Origin: the human T2T-CHM13v2.0 reference genome, Homo sapiens
Assembly (NCBI RefSeq): GCF_009914755.1
Contig: NC_060925.1
Length of the DNA stretch: 64,000 nt
Strand: one strand, 5' to 3'
The translations under genes were made by a program, and so were the position numbers. This document shows, in pieces, positions 54,041 to 64,000 of this stretch. Numbering within the stretch: the stretch's first letter is position 1; each line of letters starts with the position of its first letter. Under the pieces are notes generated by a model. The model did no database searches and was not told the origin of the DNA. It was given only the letters and a program-made list of their open reading frames with translations.

Positions 54041-56599
54041 TATGCAGCTCCAATCATGTGACTGTAAAAAGAGAAAATTGTGAATTTCAGCCCATAGGAA
54101 AATAACGTATGTAACATTCAATTTCTTTCATTCACATTTCTTTCCTTCTTTACTGATGCCTAATTAGCATATAGCTCAATTGCCCTAGATTTATTTTTAA
54201 CCATGTCTGATAAAAGGTGTAAAACATAATTTAAACGTTTTTACTTTGTGTGTGTGTGTCTCATTTATTTTGTGTCTTTGGGTGTTTCTGAGAGAGGGAG
54301 GAATGGAGAAGGAGAGAGAGAGAGAGAGACTCTGTTTTGAAATGTGCTCAATAATTTAGTGATATTTAATGGCTTTATAATAAAATTCGCAATTCTTTTT
54401 AACAACAGTTATACTAATAAAATTGTTCTGACCTTTACTTATTCTAATAGAAGCCTTAAGAAAACTTTTAACTAAATCAAGAAGGTGAATTTGAAGCAAA
54501 AATATGTTGAAAATTTATTTACCTGTGAATTTTTTTTTGGAGCCATTATGTTCAATCACAAAATATTTATTGACTATCTTGGAGAACCTTGAAGCAAGTT
54601 TAAGGTAGGCTAAAAGATTTCAAATGCTTCTTTCAGGTAGAAAAATGAGAAACAGCTCAAGCTTTCTTGAACAGCATTTATTATTACTTGAGCAATCAAA
54701 TAATTCTATAAAGTACTCTGGGAAAAAATGAAGTATTAATTGCATTTTAATATTCATCATAACATATATATCTTGATGCATCAAACTTATGATAGAAGTA
54801 TATAGTACCTTTTCTATTATGCATATATGAAATGCACTGTGAACCCTTTATAAATACAGTTTAAAATATGTGCATGTTTATTTCATGGTACTCACACCAA
54901 ATTGTATTATTCCAGATTCTTGTAAAGCTGTAATTGTTGTAGCTTTGCTTTAAAAGCATGTTATTGATCCTATCTATGATTTTATATAGACACTAGTAAG
55001 AAATGCTAACTCCTACAATTTTATCGTTGTCCTTATGGGAAATAATCATCTACTTTACAAGAAGTAAATTATGATGCAATTTCTAGGAATGCATTGGAGT
55101 TATAAATTTAGATTGCATATAGATCAAAATTTATGTATACCTTTGATTCTACGTAGTTAACTGGTGTTTCTTTGTTAAGATATTCAGAAGGAAAACAGAT
55201 TAAAATACAAGTCTTAGTGTATAAATGTTTTGAAATTGATCTCTAAGGTCTCTTAAAAAAAGTCTTGGGGCTATTTAAGCAGACATTAAATATCACATAT
55301 AATGTACTGTATAATAACCCTGTCTAATTGCAATATAGCAGTTACAAACTTTACATGCAAATTAAGCTATGATCATATATATTTAATACATCTTTTAGCT
55401 GCACTTATGTCTATTGCTCAGAAAGTCAAATTTATTTAAACTCACTATTTTACTCTTAACTTTTTACATACATGTTCAGATCCCAATCTTGATTATAAGA
55501 AAAATTATAATTGTCTAGAATTAAACTCATATTAGAGTTTGACCTAGATCATGAATCTGTTTGTTAAAAAATCATATTGTATTTTGTGCTCTGGAAAACA
55601 ATGCATGTCAGAATTCATGTATCTTAAATCTGTGAAAGGATTGAAACTTGAAAAGCAGATACTTATGTCCTTTCAATAATGGTATATTGAGCCATAATGG
55701 AAAGGAAGAGATGATAATATCATATTTAAAAATCCATGAAGTTCTTTAATGCAAAGGAGACTGACTTTAGCAGCATTAAGCACAGAGCTGCTGACATAGC
55801 GAAGGATTATGCTGTAATATGAAACAGTATGATTAAGTGATATGCAAACTTCCTACCAGAGGAGCATGCAGGATACCGGAACATATGGTTCTGGACGTTT
55901 TTTTTGTTTGTTTGTTTTCTCTCAATAACTACAGATTCTGGCCAGAGATTTCTGTTGATTCATACAAAATCTCTTGATTAGAATCCTCAGCCATCTGCTG
56001 TAGGATGGCAATGTACGAAAATGTCAGCAGAAAGAGCAGAACTTAAAGCTTATTTGTGGAAAGGATTTAAAGCCAGCATAACCATGAATAAGACAAGGTG
56101 ATCAGCTTTAATGTGGTCAGGAGCTAACATATGTTGAGAGTAAAAAGGGGATGAAAAGTTGGATAAAAGTATTCTCCAGAAAAAGCAAAGACAACCATAT
56201 AAACACATCTCTACTGTTTATAGTTCTCTATTGTTTATAGTTAACACAGCTGCTGAACCTTTGTTAGACAGAAGCAGAAAAACAATTTACACTGTAATAT
56301 TCTAAAACTGAAATTTTCTGAAACATAAAACTAATAATTATTTATATTTTATTACAGAGGAAACCTGGGTACATAAATATTAACTAATATTTACATAATA
56401 TTCTAAACTATTTTAGGATATTCCATAATACTTAATAATGTAGATTTGATAACTACCATGTCATTGAAATTTATTCTTTATAAGTCATCAGTAGTAATCC
56501 AAATTTCACATGCAACTTTTTTTGTCTTTATCCTTTTGACAAAATCTTTTACTCTCTCAAATTATTCTCATTTATCTTTCATTACAGTACATATATCTG

Positions 56600-56990
56600 A
56601 TTTTCCTCCTAGTCTTTTATATTTTCTTTGGTGTCAGCAGTTATTTTCACTTCCCAAAATACATAAATTCCCCCAAATATTCTATTCTTTTTTACATGTC
56701 CTGTCAGTTTCATTCACCCTGACATGATTTCAACTACTAGGGTTATTCATTGACACTCCCAGAATTTTCTCTCAAAGTTGATAATCCACCTATTAGCAGT
56801 ATATTGAACATATCACCATAATCTTAAAGTATAGACTCTACAAAAACAAACCTTAAAAACGTCTCCAATAGATTTTTCCACTTAACTAAAAAAAAAAAAA
56901 TTGAAAAACCACAGAATATATCAGCTTTTTTTCCTGACTTTCCTATTTTGGTAAAGTGTAAGGTAATAATCTTAGCCTAGAAGAAATGAA
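56600..56990 (+). mobile_element. L2 fragment
   Basis: Degenerate L2 motifs (catgatttcaactac, tgacactccca, cctgactttcctattttggtaaa). Confidence 0.4.
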
Positions 56991-57038
56991 AAGAAAACAA
57001 TTCAAGAGTTGTAGGTATTTTTAAAACACATAAACATA

Positions 57039-57345
57039 ACTGGGCGCAGTGGCTCACGACTGTAATCCAGCAATTTGGGAGGTCAGAACTCACTTGAGTG
57101 CTAGTGTTCAACATCAGCCAGGCCAAAATGGAGAAACTGCATCTCTACAAAAAAAAAAAAAAATACAAAAAATAACTGGGCTGGTAGTGCACCTGTGGTC
57201 CAAGCTGAGACCACAGGAGCTTCAGGTGGCAGGTAAGAGTATCGCTAATCCCAGGAGGTTGAAGCTGCAGTGAGCCGTGATTGCACCGCTGCACTCCAGC
57301 CTGGGCAACAGAGCAAGACCCTGTATCTGAAAACCAAATCTAAAC
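57039..57345 (+). mobile_element. AluJ
   Basis: ctgcagtgagccgtgattgcaccg, gagcaagaccctgt. Confidence 0.88.
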
Positions 57346-58109
57346 AAAGTACGTAAACATGAAAGTTGCTAATGCCAATATCAGTGAAACTTTTGAAACA
57401 CTCCTCTCTTGTACATGGTTCATTTGGCCCAGGCTTCACATGGTTTAGACAGTAAACAGAGTGGACACTATTGCATTAGTATCCTAATTAAGTTGGATCT
57501 AAAAAGCAAGAGGTACATTAGTAATCTAGCTAAAACTAACAGGCTATCATAATTAACATTTAAAAATAATAGTAATTAAGCATGCTGAATATGAACAATA
57601 TGTGCCAAATCAATAAATAATTTCTTCCCTATTACCCTTGTAATACAATAGAACACAGACTGGAAAAAATAGACATGCTTCCCTCTGAGGGACTATTCAG
57701 AGGGGAGCCTCCCTCTTTTTTCTTTTTCTTTGATTCTTTATTTACCCATCAATGAAGACTGACCCATGATTTGGTAATCCAGCCAGGAGGTCACTACTCA
57801 AGAATGGTGCTGACCATTTGACCCTTGAGTATCTTTCTTGTACTTCCCTGCATTCAACTGGAACTGCCATTTCCTGAAATCTCAGTCTCATATTTTGTCC
57901 ATACTAGGGTCAAGGCAGCTTAAACCCTGGCTGCTAGAGTTATGACTGTAGCCCCATGGTCCTCCTTGACTAGGAGGGCAAGTGAAGTAGACATATCATA
58001 ATCACATTTTATTATAATTAGGTTTATAGAGACATAGTATGAGGTCCCCAAACTACAAATAGATCCTTTTGCAGATTATCAGTCTAGGTTTATAAGCAAT
58101 AAAAAAAAT

Positions 58110-59372
<1,263 letters not shown>

Positions 59373-59384
59373 AAAATCCTCTCA

Positions 59385-59685
59385 GCTGGGCACAGTGGCT
59401 CACACCTGTAATCCCAGCACTTTGGGAGGCTGAGGTGGGCAGATTGCCTGCGCTCAGGAGTTCAAGATCAACCTGGACAACATGGTGAAACCCCGCCTCT
59501 ACTAAAATATAAAAAAAAAATTAGCCAGGAGTGGCAGCATGTGCCTGTAGTCTCAGCTACTCGGGAGGCTGAGGCAGTATTGCTTGAACACAGGAGGCGG
59601 AGGTTGCAGTGAGCTGAGATCGCACCACTGCACTCCAACCTGGGTGACAGAGTGAGACACCATTTCAAAAAAAAAAAAAAAAAAA
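59385..59685 (+). mobile_element. AluS (Sz-like)
   Basis: Full dimer; TSD aaaaatcctctc / aaaaacctctc. Confidence 0.93.
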
Positions 59686-59721
59686 CCTCTCTAGGCTGTT
59701 TATTATCTAAGTGTCACATAT

Positions 59722-60395
59722 TATTTTTTACAGCTTTATTGTATGTTTGGCAAACAATAAATCCCAAATACTTAAAATATATATTTTTGTGAGTTTGACA
59801 TTTGTATACACTCATGAAACAATCACAATATTCTGGATGATAAAAAAAAAAATCCATCATTCATTTCCTTGTGTCCTTGTGTCCCTTTGTTATCCATTCC
59901 TCCCCATCTGGTCCCCAGGACACTGATATGATTTGTCTCACTATGGATCAATCTGCATTTTCAAGAATTTTATATAAGTAGAATAATACAGTATGCAGCT
60001 ATTTTTTTCTGTTTCTTTCAATCAGCATAAATGCTTTGAGATTATTGTAGTTGCCTAAATAAATAATTTGTTCCTTTGCACTGCTAAGAAATACTGCATT
60101 TTAGAGATATACAACTGTTAACCTAGTCAACTTTTGATGGACCATTTGTGTCACTTCCAGTTTGAAGATATTATAAATAAAGCTGTTATGAGCATTTGTA
60201 AAAGTATTTTTATTTTCTTTTCCTATTGTAAATACTTAGGTGTTGAATGATTGATTCATAGGGTAGCTACATGTTTTACCTTTTCAAGAAACTGACAACC
60301 TTATTTCTAAATAGACTATATCATTTTTTATCTCTGCTAACAATGTATAAAAGTAACAGTTCACATTTCTGACAACATTTGTTATGTTTATTCTT
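59722..60395 (-). mobile_element. L1ME-like 3' fragment
   Basis: gagtttgacatttgtatacactcatgaaac, gaattttatataagtagaataatacagtatg. Confidence 0.7.
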
Positions 60396-60456
60396 ACTTT
60401 TTAATCTGAGTGTTGTTTCTGAAAATTGAGATTGTTGTCAGGATTAAATAGATAAT

Positions 60457-60760
<304 letters not shown>

Positions 60761-60805
60761 TAATATTTTTAACAAACTTAGTGTATCTGAATTTTAAAAA
60801 ATCTG

Positions 60806-63122
60806 TGTATTAGTCAGTTTTCACATGCTGATAAAGACATACCCGAGACTGGGAAGAAATAGAGGTTTAATGGACTTACAGTTCCACATGGCTGGGGAGA
60901 CCACACAATCATGGCAGAAAGCAAGGAGGAGCAAGTCACATCTACATGGATGGCAGCAGGCAAAGAGAGAGAGAGGTTTTGCAGGGAAACTCCTGTTTTT
61001 ATTGCCATCAGATCTTGTGAGACTTATTCACAATCATTGGAACAGCACAGAAAATACCCATCCACATGATTCAATTACGTCCCACAGGGTTCCTCCCATG
61101 ATACATGGGAATTGTGGGAGTTACAATTCAAGATGAGATTTGGGTGGTGACACAGCCAAAACATATCATTCCACAATCTGGCCCCTCCAAATTTCATGTC
61201 CTTACATTTCAAAACCAATCTTGTCTTCCCAACAGTTTCCCAAAGTCTTAACTTATTTAAGGATGAACTCAAAAGTCTACAGTCCAAAGTCTCATCTGAG
61301 ACAAGGCAAGTCCCTTCCACCTATGAGCCTGTAAAATCAAAAGCAAGTTACTTACTTCCCAGCCACAATGGGGGGGAGGGGCACAGGGGGCACTGGGTAT
61401 AGGCATTGGGTAAGTACAGCCATTCCAAATGAGAGAAATTATCCAAAATAAAGGGACTTCAGGCCCCATGCAAGTCCAAAATCCAGCAGGGCTGTCAAAT
61501 CATAAAGCTCCAAAATGATGTCCTTTGACTCCACGTCTCACATCCAAGTCATGCTGACGCAAGAGGTAGGCTCCCATGGCCTTGGACAGCTCCGCCCCTG
61601 TATCTTTGCAGGGTATAGCTGGCTGCTTTCATGGGCTGGTGTGGAGTGTCTGTAGCTTTTCCAGGCACACAGTGCAAGCTGTTGATGGAGCTACCACTCT
61701 GGGGTCTGGAGAAGAGTGGTCCTCTTCTCACAGCCCCACTAGGCAGTGCCCCAGTAGGGACTCTGTGTGGGGGCTCTGACACTACCATTTTCCTTCTGCA
61801 CAGCCCTGGCAGAGGTTCTCCATAAGGGACCCACCCCTACAGCAAACTTATTTCTGGGCATCCAGGAATTTTCACACATCCTCTGAAATCTAGGTGGAGG
61901 TTCCCAAACCTCAATTCTTGACTTAAGTGCACCTGCAGGCTCAACACCACATTGAATCTGCCAAGGCTTGGGGCTTGCAACCCTTTGAAGTCACTGCCCA
62001 AGCTGTACCTTGGCTCCTTTTAGCCCTGGCTAGAGCACTGTGATGTAGGGCACGAAGTCTCTAGGTTGCACACAGCAGGAGGGCCCTGGGTCTGGCCCAA
62101 GAAATCATTTTTTTCTTCCTAGGCCTCTGGGCCTGTGATGGAAGGGGCTGCCTCAAAGGTCTCTGACATGCTGTGGGGACATTTTCCCCATTGTCCTGGC
62201 AATTAACCTTTTGGCTTCTCATTACTTATGCAAATTTTTGCAGCCAGCTTGAATTTCTCCTTAGAAAATGTTTTCTTTTTTGTATTGCATCATCAGGCTG
62301 CAAATTTTCCAAACTTTTATGCTCTGTTTCCTTGTTAAAACTGAATACTTTTAACAGCACCCAAGTCACCTCTTGAATGCTTTGCTATTTAGAAATTTCT
62401 TCCACCAGACACCCTAAATCATCTCCCTCAAGTTCAAAGTTCCACAGATCTCTACGGCAGGGGCAAAATGCCGCCAGTCTCTTTGACAAAACATAGCAAG
62501 AATCACCTTTACTCCAGTTCCCAACAAGTTTCTCATCTCCATCTGAGACCACTTCAGCCTGGATTTCACTGTCTATATCATTATCACCATTTTGGTCAAA
62601 GACATTCAACAAATCTCTAGGGAGTTCCAAACTTTCCCAAATTTTCCTGTCTCCTTCTGAGCCCTCCGAACGTTCCAACCTCTACCTGTTACCCAGTTCC
62701 AATGTCTCTTTCACATTTTTGGGTATCATTTCAACAGCACCCCACTCCCAGTATCAATTTACTTTTTTAGTCCGTTTTCACAGGGCTGGTAAAGACATAC
62801 TAAGACTGGGCAATTTACAAAAGAAAGAGGTTTAATGGACTCACAGTTCCATACTGCTTGGGAGGCCAAACAATCATGGCAGAAGGTAAAAGACACATAT
62901 CATATAGCGGCAAACAAGAGAAGACAGCTCGTGCATCAAAACTCCACTTTATAAAACCATCGGACCTCATGAGACTTATTCAGTATCAGGGGAATACCAT
63001 GGGAAAGACTCGCCCTCATGATTCCATTACCTCCCACCAGGTAGCTTTTGTGACACGTGGGAATTGTGGGAGCTACAATTCAAGAGGAGATTCGGGTGAG
63101 GACATAGCCCAAACCGGTATCA
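60806..63122 (-). mobile_element. THE1 provirus: LTR 60806-61168, THE1-int, LTR 62763-63122 (LTRs dissimilar)
   Basis: Antisense homology to the 40837-43027 element throughout; flanks atctg / gggca do not match. Confidence 0.92.
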
Positions 63123-63261
63123 GGGCACTAATTTAATACATGAGGGGGTCTGCGCTGTTGACATAATGCTTCCCAAATGCCCCACCTTCTAATACCATCA
63201 TAGAGGGGGATGGAATTTTACCATATGAATTTCTGGGAGACCCAAACATTGTGTCCACACA
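63123..63261 (-). mobile_element. MLT1A-like LTR 5' portion
   Basis: gggcactaat...catgaggg...gccccaccttctaataccatca...catatgaattt...caaacatt. Confidence 0.8.
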
Positions 63262-63709
63262 TAATCCTTCTTATTACTAATCTTTTTATTTGAGTGTCAA
63301 GCTACACTAATGAAAACAGACCCAGAGTTATACCTATTTGATTAACAATACTGAACTGGTCAGGATCAATTAAGTAAATAAATAAATGTTTCCTTGCAAG
63401 CATACACCAACCAGGCACATTCGCTTACTACCTTCTGCAACACTAAATGCATGAAGATAAGGTCAAATAAATGAAAACACAAAGAAAGCAGATGGCCACA
63501 TATGTATCAGCCATATACAATGCAAGGGGAAAAAAAAGCACTCAGCACAGTAATAAGAGTGATGTTTCATGCAGATAACATTAAAATTTGCAATACAGAT
63601 GAACCTGTGACAATCCCTCTAATGCAAAAACTTTATAAAATGTACTCAGAAAACTTCATTCTTTCCATTTTTGTTCTGGTAAGCTAAATGGAAACAAGTC
63701 TATCAATAG

Positions 63710-64000
<291 letters not shown>

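Overview
AT-rich, CpG-depleted primate genomic DNA (human/ape-like from its AluY, L1PA and THE1 content), dominated by interspersed repeats: L1 of many ages, about 16 Alu/FLAM copies, THE1/MLT (ERVL-MaLR) elements, a full-length Tigger1, hAT-Charlie MERs, MIR and L2, plus microsatellites. I see no protein-coding gene, RNA gene or CpG island. The ORFs in the track are L1 ORF2 or Tigger1 transposase remnants, Alu/LTR read-throughs, or chance ORFs. I cannot support a novel functional system here. The real signal is structural history: a THE1 provirus that looks like a recombinant of two proviruses, two locally templated insertions, a twin-primed L1 inversion, an L1 inversion plus duplication amid TA microsatellites, target-site re-use, and a long fragmented L2 fossil. 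Subfamily names come from my recollection of consensus sequences and need RepeatMasker/Dfam confirmation. Boundaries of old elements are approximate.
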